Below, in pieces: positions 10,082-19,794 of a stretch of 64,000 nucleotides of DNA. The notes beneath the pieces are model-generated. The model worked only from the letters and a program-made list of their open reading frames with translations. It made no database searches and was not told where the DNA came from. The position numbers and the translations under genes are program-made. Every line of letters begins with the position of its first letter. The stretch's first letter is position 1. Source of the DNA: Pyrodictiaceae archaeon (lineage in GTDB: Archaea > Thermoproteota > Thermoprotei_A > Sulfolobales > Pyrodictiaceae); contig JALVSY010000030.1 of NCBI GenBank assembly GCA_027036135.1, forward strand, positions 64,001-128,000, given 5' to 3'.

Positions 10082-11263
10082 TCACTTCAATGAGGCTATC
10101 CAGGACTTATAGAACGCCTCCTTCATGAGCCTTATTATAGGCGATCTCATCAATGTATAGCAGACAAACTTCCACCTATCAGTTGACTCGTCGAAATACG
10201 TCTCACAGCCAGCAGCAAAACCGCTTGTACCGAAGTAACCTACACAATCCATCATCGTGTAATAGCCCATGACAGGATATCCTATATCAAGCTCGTTCAT
10301 TATTATATCGACAACATACTCTGCCGCGTAATGTATAGGCACACCCGCCGTTGGCAAGCCGGCTGGCGGCATTGAGTGCTCGCCTACTAGGAAGACATCA
10401 TCATAGTCCGGGTGCCTAAAGGTACGCGGTCTAACGGGAGCCCATCTTGGGTCCTGTTTCCACTGGAACCCATCACTCTCGGCTAAGGGGTCCGGGAGCC
10501 TTGATGGCGGGACTTTTATGAGCAAGTCGTAGCGCTCCTCTATATTCCCTGCACGTATAAGATTCCTTGAAGGATCTACTTCTTGTAATCCATTATGCTG
10601 TATAAGCTCTATTCCTAGCTCATCGAACTTCTCCTTCCAGACGCGTGCTATATCCGGTCCTAGGCCCCCAAGAGGCTTTGATTCTACACCTACAAGAGTT
10701 ATGTTCACTTTCCTGCCTATTTTCTTAAAGGTTTCTGCAAGCTGCGTAGCTGCCTCATAGGGATACATGCCGCAACGATGAGGCTTCTCTGGGACTAGGA
10801 TAACTATTTTCTCTCCCTTAAAGGCCGCTAGGGCTTTTGCCATTTCAAGTGCTCCTTCAAGAGTATAGTTGTGCACACCTGCCTCCGCTAACCCTGGATA
10901 TGCGTCCCAAGCATACTTTACTCCGAGGCTTACTATAAGATAGTCGTAGTTATATTTACCCTTCTCGGTTATTACTGTTCTCTTAGCAGCGTCTATTTTT
11001 TTGACAGGGTCTACTACAACCTTGACGCCGAACCGCTCTAAGCCTTGAATAGGGGCACGCACCTCATCGGGCACAGCCGTACCAAAGGCAACATCCGCAT
11101 AGAGTGGTAGAAAGTCGTGCCATGGCTGGTCAGTTATTAGTGTAACCTCTAGTCCTAAGTCCTTATGCTTCCTCAGAATATCACCGAGTTTCTTGGCGGC
11201 AGCTACTCCTCCGGAGCCACCACCGAGGATTAGTATTTTCTTGCCCAAGCCTTTGCACACCAC
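10082..11263 (-). CDS. FAD-dependent sulfide:quinone oxidoreductase / flavocytochrome c sulfide dehydrogenase-like protein
   Basis: ILGGGSGG FAD motif, YDYLIVSLG, RC..YPYE, late conserved Cys. Confidence 0.8.
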   Translation of the reverse strand: MVCKGLGKKILILGGGSGGVAAAKKLGDILRKHKDLGLEVTLITDQPWHDFLPLYADVAFGTAVPDEVRAPIQGLERFGVKVVVDPVKKIDAAKRTVITEKGKYNYDYLIVSLGVKYAWDAYPGLAEAGVHNYTLEGALEMAKALAAFKGEKIVILVPEKPHRCGMYPYEAATQLAETFKKIGRKVNITLVGVESKPLGGLGPDIARVWKEKFDELGIELIQHNGLQEVDPSRNLIRAGNIEERYDLLIKVPPSRLPDPLAESDGFQWKQDPRWAPVRPRTFRHPDYDDVFLVGEHSMPPAGLPTAGVPIHYAAEYVVDIIMNELDIGYPVMGYYTMMDCVGYFGTSGFAAGCETYFDESTDRWKFVCYTLMRSPIIRLMKEAFYKSWIASLK

Positions 11264-11369
11264 TTATTTTTGCTCACCCAGAAGCAAATATAGGTTACCA
11301 GTCGCTAGGCGCGGTTATACCACCTGAATCACCGAGTTCGCAGGAAAATACTTCTAAGTAGTAGCTGTT

Positions 11370-11960
11370 TTATCCCCAGTTCCTTGAAAGGCTCGAGGCT
11401 AAGACGTGTGCTGAGAAGAGGGGCTCTGGTTGCCGGGTATAGACTTGGAGCTTGCATATGGTTCTCCATGCTTCTCCTGCCTCGATACCGTAGGGCGCTA
11501 CTAGTAGCTCGCCTTTCTCGCACTTGACCCTCGAGAGCTTGTTCCAGGTGGCCTCGAGCAGGCTGAGCCTCTTCTTCCAGTCAGCGAAGTGCTTGCGGAG
11601 GGCATTAGTCACTGCTTCCTTGTTAGGAGGGTACCAGTAGACGGCTATGACGGGGATGCTTGTTTGCCGATATAGCTCCTCGGCGTCTAGGATATTGAAG
11701 CCCGCGAACACGACGGTATCTAATAGTACTGCTCTTAGACTTAGTCTTTGCCTAGCCTTATTGACCAGCCTTATTGCTTTCTCTGTAGAGTCCATCCCGT
11801 CTATCTCAACGGTATCGGCTAGGGCGAGGCAGGGACAGAGTCTATCCTCGATGAAGCAATGGGCCGCGAGGACTAGGAGGGTATAGGGCCAGTCTCGCCT
11901 AAAGAATCCATCATCTATGCCCGCGTAGCACTCCATACCAGCTACCCTTCGCCGAGACAC
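11370..11960 (-). CDS. DUF99/UPF0215 endonuclease V-like protein
   Basis: GIDDG, IDG.DST, FAGFN, PEPL..AH. Confidence 0.85.
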   Translation of the reverse strand: MSRRRVAGMECYAGIDDGFFRRDWPYTLLVLAAHCFIEDRLCPCLALADTVEIDGMDSTEKAIRLVNKARQRLSLRAVLLDTVVFAGFNILDAEELYRQTSIPVIAVYWYPPNKEAVTNALRKHFADWKKRLSLLEATWNKLSRVKCEKGELLVAPYGIEAGEAWRTICKLQVYTRQPEPLFSAHVLASSLSRNWG

Positions 11961-12027
11961 TAGGGATTCTTCCTAGTTAATGCAGAGAGAAGGCACTAGA
12001 TATTCTCCCCTTCCAGGGTACTAGGGC

Positions 12028-12669
12028 TTGTTCTCGGGGGAAAGAGTGGCGCAGGGAAGGAGGCTGGCTCCATGGATCCCGACGCCTATTAGTATCGTGT
12101 ATGCTGCTCTCGAGGCTGCGTGGGCTTCTCCCTGTGACATTGTGTATGACTTGGGTGCTGGCGATGGTAGGGCGGTGATTATCGCTGCGAGGGAGTTCTG
12201 CGTCAAAAAAGCAATCGGCGTTGAGATTGACCCGGTTCTCGCTGAGGCCGCTAGGGTAAAGGCACGCATGGATGGCGTTGATGACCGTGTCGAGATACTT
12301 GAGGAGGATTTCTTCAAGACGTCTCTCCGAGGGGCTACCCTTGTCTACATGTATCTCTATCGGAGCATTAATGAGGCGCTCCGAGAGAAGCTAGAGGCAG
12401 AGCTCGAGCCGGGAGCACGTGTCGTGACTATTGATTTCCCTATCCCAGGCTGGGTGCCTGTCTACGCGCCCCGGCTACGCGACGAGGGCGACATATTGAG
12501 GACAGTTCATGTCTACGTTATTGGGCTAAGCGACGCGAGGCATCCCCGCAGGGGGCGATTAGTCAAGGAGTGGGGCCGAGAACTGAGAGCACTAGTCTGC
12601 GATGAGCCTCCTCCGCCTAGTTGTCGGCCCCGCGTCAGGAAAGTGTTGAAGAACACTGGCTCCTCGTGA
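12028..12669 (+). CDS. class I SAM-dependent methyltransferase (protein-lysine MTase-like)
   Basis: PWIPTP, YDLGAGDGR, DFPIPGW. Confidence 0.85.
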   Translation: MFSGERVAQGRRLAPWIPTPISIVYAALEAAWASPCDIVYDLGAGDGRAVIIAAREFCVKKAIGVEIDPVLAEAARVKARMDGVDDRVEILEEDFFKTSLRGATLVYMYLYRSINEALREKLEAELEPGARVVTIDFPIPGWVPVYAPRLRDEGDILRTVHVYVIGLSDARHPRRGRLVKEWGRELRALVCDEPPPPSCRPRVRKVLKNTGSS

Positions 12670-13751
12670 GGGCCGAGGAAGATTTGCGGAGACCAGGTGG
12701 CATAGCAGAGGTTCTCGGGCTGCGACTCTGGGGCCGTGCATGGGGCCGCCCAGTATTCCTCATAACGGAGCCCCTGCCTCTCATCGGCCACATAGCCTTC
12801 GGAGTCATCGATAGAGGAACTAACGTGTTACAGGTAAGACCTACCACGCTCTGCGTGCTTAGCTGCATATTCTGCAGCGTAGACGCGGGGCCACGGAGCA
12901 AGTGGAGGCAGGCAGAGTACCTCGTGAAGCCAGGGTGGCTGGCCGAGTGGGTTCATAGAGTAGCCGTTGAGAAGGGAGTAATGGTGGAGGCCCTCATAGA
13001 CGGCGTGGGGGACCCCTTTACTTATCCGTGGCTACCACGCCTAGTACGTCTCCTAAAGAGTACTGGTGTCGTCGCTAGCGTCGCCGCCGAGACCCACGGA
13101 GAGACCCTCAGCAAGGCGCTCATCGATGAGCTTGAGGAGGCGGGGCTTGACCGGATTAACCTTAGCATAGAGACTCTTGACCCGGAGAAAGCGAGAATGC
13201 TTACAGCCACACCGTGGTACAACGTGGAGAGAGTAAAGGAGGCTGCTGAGTATGTTGCGCGAGAAACAAGTATCGATCTCCATGTCACGCCTGTCTGGCT
13301 TCCCGGGCTCAACGACGAGGACATAGCCGAGATAGTTGAGTGGGCTTACCGGATAGGAGCTGGGAAGCGCTGGCCACCAGTAACAGTGCAGAAGTATATC
13401 CGTCACCGCTATGGCCGACACCCACCTGGGTTGAGGGAGCTTAGCTGGGAAGAGTACTGGCAATGGCTAAGAGAACTGGAGCGGCGCACCGGGAAGCGGT
13501 TATCGTGGAGCATGGAGGAGTGGGGAATGCGCTACGCCCCGAGAATACAGCACCCGCTGCGAAAAGGGGCTAGGGCAAAGCTACAAGTAGTGGGCCCGGG
13601 ATGGCTACGCGGAGAGCTACTAGCAGTAACCCTTGATAGGAAACGGGTAGTCACACTCCTCTCGCGGCGCACGAGGCTAGGACCCGGAGACCTCGTAGTT
13701 GCTAGGATAATCCACGACAAGGACGGAGTATTCATAGCCAAGCCGCTCTAG
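12621..13751 (+). CDS. radical SAM protein with C-terminal TRAM-like domain (COG2100-like)
   Basis: PLIGHIAFGVIDRGTNVLQVRP, CxxxCxxC. Confidence 0.88.
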   Translation: MSAPRQESVEEHWLLVRAEEDLRRPGGIAEVLGLRLWGRAWGRPVFLITEPLPLIGHIAFGVIDRGTNVLQVRPTTLCVLSCIFCSVDAGPRSKWRQAEYLVKPGWLAEWVHRVAVEKGVMVEALIDGVGDPFTYPWLPRLVRLLKSTGVVASVAAETHGETLSKALIDELEEAGLDRINLSIETLDPEKARMLTATPWYNVERVKEAAEYVARETSIDLHVTPVWLPGLNDEDIAEIVEWAYRIGAGKRWPPVTVQKYIRHRYGRHPPGLRELSWEEYWQWLRELERRTGKRLSWSMEEWGMRYAPRIQHPLRKGARAKLQVVGPGWLRGELLAVTLDRKRVVTLLSRRTRLGPGDLVVARIIHDKDGVFIAKPL

Positions 13752-13825
13752 CACACTAGGCATAGGCGCAGACTTGATAAGAGCACAAATACACGAATAC
13801 ATGTATTTCCACGGGTGCTTCTCGG

Positions 13826-14110
13826 GTGCCAAGGATACGCGTCAAGCTCTTCGCAGAATACTACGAGCTAGCGGGTAAACAACACGTCCTAGACCTAGAC
13901 GTAGCCGAAGAAACAACTGTCCTCGAGCTAGCAAGACTCCTCGAGGAGAAGTTTCCAGGGCTACGCGGCAGGCTAGTAAACGGCGACAAGATAGCCGAGG
14001 AGACAAAGGTCCTCGTCAATGGGCGGCTAATAGACTGGCTAGAGGGGGAGAAGACTAGGCTAAGAGACGGGGACACCGTGGCCTTCTTCCCGCCAGCAGC
14101 CGGGGGCTAA
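13826..14110 (+). CDS. MoaD/SAMP ubiquitin-like protein
   Basis: VLVNG and C-terminal FPPAAGG. Confidence 0.92.
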   Translation: MPRIRVKLFAEYYELAGKQHVLDLDVAEETTVLELARLLEEKFPGLRGRLVNGDKIAEETKVLVNGRLIDWLEGEKTRLRDGDTVAFFPPAAGG

Positions 14111-15180
14111 CCAGGCACTAGGCCACGCGCCAGCTCTAGTAGCTCCTCTACGCGGCGCCTCCTAGCCTGCCTAATAACCCGGCGCTCCTCATACTCCCTC
14201 TGCAAGTGATCTGGCACCACAGGCCTCCTCCTAGGAGGGGCTGGGCGGCCATCCGGCCCTATCGAGACAAGCACCATGTAGAGCTGAGCCATCGTGTTGA
14301 CGCGGCCCTCCAGCGGGTTTTCCGCGACAACCTTTAACAAGACCTCGAGGCTAGTCCTGCCAACCCCGGTAACCCCTGCCTCGACGCGGAGCAAGTCACC
14401 GACAAAAGCAGGGGAGACAAACACCGCTGCATCAAAGCTAGCAGTAACCACGGGGCTACCCGTAGCCCTCATGGCGGTAAGAGCCCCGACCTCGTCAATT
14501 ATGTAGAAGAACTTAGTAGCGTCAAGTACTCTTGGCAACGAGAAAGTGGAGTCAGGCAAAACCATGGTATAGGTCTCAACCCGGTAAGGAACCTCCAAGC
14601 GACCAACATCGCCCCGGAGCCCACGACTACTCTCTATGAGCCTCTGCCTCTCCCCGAGCCACTCCTCATGAATATCTAGCAATGGGCGAGCCTCAAGACT
14701 ACAAGCATCAACCTCTACGCCGTGCTCACGAGACCTAACCCGGTCATCAACACTAACATAGGTCTGAACACTGAGACTAACCGGGCGAACCCCGCCACCA
14801 AGCCCACGAGCCTCAGCATAGCTAAGAACATCCAGCGTGTGACGAGTAGATCCAATAACCCAGGAATAAATATAGAGGAACTCACCCACGTGAACCGGGC
14901 TAAGAATAAACAAGTAATCAATAGAGCCAAGAACCACGTAGCCACGAGAAACCCTCATAGCAGCCATAGCACCGGACTCGAGAACCCACCAGGCAAGCCT
15001 ACCACCATATAACGTGCCATAACGATTAGTATACCTCGGATACACGGGCCGAATAACATCAATCCTAGTAGACTCGAGACAGACACGACTCAAAAACAAA
15101 CACCCCAGGAGAAGAACAGCGAGAACCCTCAAAAATAACGTAAAACGCGACCCACGGATCCAGAGACCTATCGTGTACAA
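14107..15180 (-). CDS. double hotdog acyl-CoA thioesterase (true start probably downstream of 15180)
   Basis: N.YGTLYGG, two hotdog repeats, GRTSLEV. Confidence 0.85.
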   Translation of the reverse strand: MYTIGLWIRGSRFTLFLRVLAVLLLGCLFLSRVCLESTRIDVIRPVYPRYTNRYGTLYGGRLAWWVLESGAMAAMRVSRGYVVLGSIDYLFILSPVHVGEFLYIYSWVIGSTRHTLDVLSYAEARGLGGGVRPVSLSVQTYVSVDDRVRSREHGVEVDACSLEARPLLDIHEEWLGERQRLIESSRGLRGDVGRLEVPYRVETYTMVLPDSTFSLPRVLDATKFFYIIDEVGALTAMRATGSPVVTASFDAAVFVSPAFVGDLLRVEAGVTGVGRTSLEVLLKVVAENPLEGRVNTMAQLYMVLVSIGPDGRPAPPRRRPVVPDHLQREYEERRVIRQARRRRVEELLELARGLVPG

Positions 15181-15210
15181 CGCCTAGCTATCGCTTAACC
15201 ATAGAGCAGG

Positions 15211-15609
15211 CTAGGGCCATAGAACCTCGGTCTCCACGCCTTCCCGACTAGCTGCATCTGCTTGCTTCTTGTCAAGGGTCACTAGTACTGCACCAAGATC
15301 TTTAGCTAACGCGATAAACAATGAATCATATACTGTGATATGATTCCTAGCAGCTATGCGCAGAGCCTCCGGCAAGAACCGCTCCTGCCTATATAGGGGG
15401 ATAACGTCGGAGACTAAGTCCTCGACAATACTAACCGCGTTCTCCAAGCTCATCTCTCTACGTATAACTTTCTTCCAAAGAGCATTGGCAACCTCCTTCA
15501 CCGCTAGATCGAGCGTCACAATCTCCTCAAGTAAGATTCTCTCAGCACTCTCCCAGCCAGGCTCTCTGGAGAAATACATCACAAGGATAGATAAATCAAT
15601 GACCTTCAC
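15211..15609 (-). CDS. vapC: VapC PIN-domain toxin
   Basis: VIDLS, EVANALWK, ITVYDSLFIALA, TLD. Confidence 0.92.
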   Translation of the reverse strand: MKVIDLSILVMYFSREPGWESAERILLEEIVTLDLAVKEVANALWKKVIRREMSLENAVSIVEDLVSDVIPLYRQERFLPEALRIAARNHITVYDSLFIALAKDLGAVLVTLDKKQADAASREGVETEVLWP

Positions 15610-15835
15610 GATCCTTCCTCACACTTCTAGACGCAAACCCCGCCGAACTAGGAACCACATCACCCAGAATCTGCCTCCACTTAGCAATCACCCTCTTTCT
15701 CCTCTCCCGGGCAGCAAGAGCCTCAAGATACCTACGAACAGCCTCGCCTACATCTATACCAGCGCGTTCAAGCTCTTCCTTAACCTCCCTCCTAACCCTA
15801 ACACTAACAACCACCGTAGACAAGAACGCAAACAC
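15596..15835 (-). CDS. VapB-type antitoxin (RHH/CcdA-like)
   Basis: VVSVRV..EVKEEL, ends RKDRE; overlaps the vapC start. Confidence 0.8.
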   Translation of the reverse strand: MFAFLSTVVVSVRVRREVKEELERAGIDVGEAVRRYLEALAARERRKRVIAKWRQILGDVVPSSAGFASRSVRKDREGH

Positions 15836-16004
15836 CCAGTATACATAATGGCTAAAGAGAGATAAAAAACATAGCGTAAGATAACGTAAACTAAGCTACA
15901 ATCAAGTCACATCGCAATAAATTACTAAGCCGCAGAGCACCAGGCATGTTGTATCGTTTACCACTGCCAGTCTAGGATCCCCCAGCTATCTGTGAGGGAA
16001 ACCC

Positions 16005-16084
16005 GGGGCCGCGGGGATGATGAGAAGGACACGAGCCGATCCGTGAGGAGCAGACTTAGCGCCGACCCTCTGATCCGCGGCCCC
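16005..16084 (+). ncRNA. C/D-box-like RNA, copy A
   Basis: 10-bp terminal stem GGGGCCGCGG/CCGCGGCCCC; ATGATGA, CCGA, GTGAGGA, CTGA in canonical order. Confidence 0.75.
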
Positions 16085-16264
16085 ACCCTAACGCTTTCCC
16101 CACACCCTCTCATAATGATTTCCACTCTATCCATATAATGAATTACCAATATTTTGCGATGAGGACTAGCCATTACACTTTGCCAACATTAGAGACAATA
16201 ACATGTCCATATATAGGGGTAGGGCGATAAACTTATTCACAGCCACGTAGCTATTCTGGTAAAT

Positions 16265-16352
16265 GGCCCGCGGGTTCAAGGGTCAGTGGCATCGAGTCTC
16301 GCTCACGGGCTCTGTGCCTCGGCTCGCGCCGTGCTCATCATCCCCGCGGGCC
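16265..16352 (-). ncRNA. C/D-box-like RNA, copy B (paralog of A)
   Basis: 10-bp terminal stem; ATGATGA, CCGA, GTGAG; shares CCGCGGGGATGATGAG, CGAGCCGA, CCGTGAG, AGACT and GACCCT with copy A. Confidence 0.7.
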
Positions 16353-16359
16353 GCCCTTC

Positions 16360-16519
16360 TCAGGGCTTGTAGACTAGTATTGCCTTCCTGCCATCCTTCT
16401 CGGCAAGCTCTATGAGTAGCTTATCTCCTGTCTTCCAGCCTAGGAGCTCTACTAGCTCCTTCGGTATCGTTATCTCGTAGCCTACGTATTCTCTATTGTT
16501 CCTGTTTTCTACGTATCAC
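16360..16519 (-). pseudogene. AbrB/MazE/SpoVT-family DNA-binding protein, 5' end frameshifted
   Basis: ...REYVGYEITIPKELVELLGWKTGDKLLIELAEKDGRKAILVYKP*; GTG at 16519 is off-frame. Confidence 0.7.
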
Positions 16520-16851
16520 TAGTACTAGCCGCTCTCAGTAGGACTAATCTACACTCTACTTGTATCACTACTGATAAAATGACTGGCCCAAAAAGTAGCT
16601 ATATTAATAAAAATTATATAAAATGGAAACAACATGTAGTAGCTCATATGATTGCGAGAATTAAAGATTCGATCAAGGCTTATTCATAGATATTAAAGAA
16701 GAAATAATATCGATAGCTTCTCTTAGAGAAGACCGGGACTTAAAAAGCTCGTAGTTAAGCATAAAGGTCTTCCTCCGTATACGACATGACCGTGACATGG
16801 ATAATGTAATATGGAGCTACATGAGGAGTTTATGGGAGGGGTTGAGGTGTT

Positions 16852-16929
16852 TGGTGCCGCGGCCGGGATTTGAACCCGGGTCACGGGCTTGAAAGGCCCG
16901 CATACTTGGCCGGGCTATACTACCGCGGC
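16852..16929 (-). tRNA. tRNA-Glu(TTC)
   Basis: Cloverleaf, anticodon loop CT-TTC-AA, CCA encoded. Confidence 0.96.
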
Positions 16930-17055
16930 AACCGCGCAGCGGATAAGAGCGCTTAGGGCCGGGCTCAGCCGCGGCCATGAATCTCGGTATTGGTGACTGC
17001 CTCTTATAATAGTTTTCTTTCTAATCTAATAGTTTTTCTGGCGCTCTATTACTAG

Positions 17056-19794
17056 CTATCTTGTTATATTTATAAGCCATATCTCCCTCGTACCATCTGC
17101 CCTGATAAACAAGAGTGATGTCGTGTTATAGGCCTCTAGTCTATCTCCTGGCCCCCAGGGCAGAAACGGCAATGTTACAATATAGGGAATGGTCTCGCCG
17201 GTTCCTAGGTCTATTTGGTATAAGCCCCCTCTCTCAAGTAGTACCCATAGATTGTTACCCGTGTATGCCATGCCGACGGGGTGGCTCCCCGGAGCCAGTC
17301 CAAGGACTTCTATGTTGACACCCGTGCTTGTCGCGGCCGCCTCTATTATGACTGGTTGCCCGCTTGACTTGTTATATGCTATGAAGTAGGCATGCAAGAA
17401 GTCACTAGTATGAGCTGATGCCGGGTAACTATATGGCGGCCCTACTACTAGGTCGCCAGGCAATGTACCGTTTGCGACTAAGGCGCCAGTGTTGAGGCTC
17501 ACTACGCAGTACTGATTACCCCCGGTTAACACTACTAGGTATGCATCCGTACTGGTATTTATGGCCTCTGCATCAACGCCCTGCTGCAGCGCTCGGCAAC
17601 TCGTGGTTAGGAGTGTCCAGTTTCCGCTTGGGCTGAGAGGAGCCGTGTATATACCGGTAGCATTAACTAGGACCAAGAGGTTCCTCGCAGCGCTATAAGT
17701 TATCGCCGCTGTGCCATTGAATACAGTGTTTGCTGGTATATCGTAGAGCTTAGTCAGGGAGGGGAGCTGGTAAACCTCTATGAAGTCTAAGCCGCCCGGC
17801 GCCACCAGTAATGCATTGAATACAGAGCGAGAAGCCTCTTGGTATAGGGCGTTCAACATATCGATGCTTATACTCGCTGGCCCCGGAGCCCTATAGATAA
17901 GCCTAACCTTGACGGTATCGTTAGCCGTGTTTACAAGCCCATCGTAGTTCTCTATAGTTTTGTTCGCGGATAGCGTGCCACCACTATAGCTTCCCGATGC
18001 GAGTAAGAGCCAGGCACCGCTACTCCAGTTATATAGCCATAAAGTATAGCTCCCAGTGGATATATTTGACAAAAATACCGTCTTCGCCCCAAGACTATAC
18101 GGGTTAGTATCCGGAATGGTCGCATAAGCGACCAAGTCAGCGACGTACTCCTTTACAAAGCTTAGACTATAAGCATTGCCGCCATAGACCACGCTATACT
18201 TACCACCAGTAAGGCCGCTAAGAGTATCGTTTAGCACTAGGTCTCCCTGGCTATCATAAACGACTATACGTGCATCCCGTACAATCGGGTGCCAAGTAAC
18301 ATCAAGCACAGCAATACCATCAGTATTAGTAGTATTGCTGGCAACCAGTAACGAGCCACTATAAAGCTCAACAGTCCAGCCCGAAACCGGATTACCGTTA
18401 AGAGTAACCGTGAAGTTAACAAACCTAGGATTAGCATAAGACACTATAAAGTTATCAAAGCTCGCACTCGATCTATAGGTGCCCACGCCAAGCTCTGTCG
18501 GGGTAAAGGTAGTGTCAACAGCACTCACCGATCCAACAAGCCCGTTTGCGTCATAAACGTCTAGTCGCATATAGCCGCTTGAAGGATTGTAATAAACAAG
18601 GGATGTATACCAGATATTGGTATTTACAGTTGCTGGCGCACTATTAAGTAATTCCCATCCAAATAAATTATTAGGATTATAAATCCATATATCTATACTT
18701 GAGTTTTCTACATCTATGCTAAATTCATATAACATTGATGCCGTTGAATTAAAGAGAACTATATCATTATACCCACTCCCCGTATAGATCTGAGACATGA
18801 CATAATAGGGCCTTGAGGGCGCGCTAATACTTGTCGGATATGCTATGTATTCACCGCCTATGCCACCTGTTGTTCTGGTACTTGTTTGTTGTATTCCGGC
18901 TGTCCCGTTATAGCCTATGTTGCTGTTCCAACTCCATGTCCCGCCTATTGTTCCCCAGGTGCCGCTTGTGAATGGGTCTCCGCTCTCAAAGTCCGTGGCA
19001 TAGACTAGATTGTTAGTTATATTGATGCCTTGGAATGTTATTGCTTGCTGTGTATCAATATTCATGGTGTTACCATCGCTTATGTTTAGGCTCACTGCGT
19101 TGCCGCTTACTAGCTCGCCTTCTAGCACATTATATGAGGCTACGTTGCCGTAGTTATTTGTAAGTATTGTTCCGTTTACTATTCCTTTCCATGTCTGTGT
19201 CCAGTCACTGGGCGCTATATCCATAAGGGCTAGGAGGCTTGCCGCGGGAGCTGTTGTGCTGCTTGTTGAGGTGTATAGTTGCTTATTCTTTATTGTTATT
19301 ACTGCTACTGCTGGGCTTGCTGATAGCGTTGCTGATATGGTTATTGGCTGGGTTGCCTGGTTTATTGTGACTTCGAGCGTGTCTCCTGGCGCCATTGTGA
19401 CTGGGAAGCTTGTTACTGTATATGTCGCTCCGCTTGCGCTTGTTATTGTAGCTGTTATCGTGGTGCCTAGCTCGGTGTAGCGGTCTATAGCTAGTGTTGT
19501 CTGGTTGTCCCAGAGTATGTCTATGCTTGTTATCGTGACTGCTCTGGGGGCGTTCGAGGTTATTGTTATCGTCAATGTACCAGTTAGATAGTCGTATGTG
19601 TAGTAGCTCTGTAGGCTTGAGGCTAGTAACTGGGTTGAGATCTTCTCCTGGGCTGCTTGGCTCACTGTGTTGAGTAGTTCTTTTTGCTGCGTGTTGAGGT
19701 AGAAGTAGAGGGCCAGCATTGCGAGTAGGGCTATTGCGAGCAGTACTCCCCCTATTATTGTTGCTATTGCCCTAGATCTTCTTAGCCGAGGCAT
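17056..19794 (-). CDS. large pilin-like surface protein / adhesin with class III signal peptide
   Basis: MPRLRRSRA|IATIIGG plus hydrophobic stretch; beta-rich, many NxS/T sites; LamG-like middle (FDNF.V); propeller-like C-terminus. Confidence 0.75.
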   Translation of the reverse strand: MPRLRRSRAIATIIGGVLLAIALLAMLALYFYLNTQQKELLNTVSQAAQEKISTQLLASSLQSYYTYDYLTGTLTITITSNAPRAVTITSIDILWDNQTTLAIDRYTELGTTITATITSASGATYTVTSFPVTMAPGDTLEVTINQATQPITISATLSASPAVAVITIKNKQLYTSTSSTTAPAASLLALMDIAPSDWTQTWKGIVNGTILTNNYGNVASYNVLEGELVSGNAVSLNISDGNTMNIDTQQAITFQGINITNNLVYATDFESGDPFTSGTWGTIGGTWSWNSNIGYNGTAGIQQTSTRTTGGIGGEYIAYPTSISAPSRPYYVMSQIYTGSGYNDIVLFNSTASMLYEFSIDVENSSIDIWIYNPNNLFGWELLNSAPATVNTNIWYTSLVYYNPSSGYMRLDVYDANGLVGSVSAVDTTFTPTELGVGTYRSSASFDNFIVSYANPRFVNFTVTLNGNPVSGWTVELYSGSLLVASNTTNTDGIAVLDVTWHPIVRDARIVVYDSQGDLVLNDTLSGLTGGKYSVVYGGNAYSLSFVKEYVADLVAYATIPDTNPYSLGAKTVFLSNISTGSYTLWLYNWSSGAWLLLASGSYSGGTLSANKTIENYDGLVNTANDTVKVRLIYRAPGPASISIDMLNALYQEASRSVFNALLVAPGGLDFIEVYQLPSLTKLYDIPANTVFNGTAAITYSAARNLLVLVNATGIYTAPLSPSGNWTLLTTSCRALQQGVDAEAINTSTDAYLVVLTGGNQYCVVSLNTGALVANGTLPGDLVVGPPYSYPASAHTSDFLHAYFIAYNKSSGQPVIIEAAATSTGVNIEVLGLAPGSHPVGMAYTGNNLWVLLERGGLYQIDLGTGETIPYIVTLPFLPWGPGDRLEAYNTTSLLFIRADGTREIWLINITR

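Noticed and set aside
15958-16173. 71-aa ORF
   Set aside because: Antisense to the structured C/D-like copy A; no protein features
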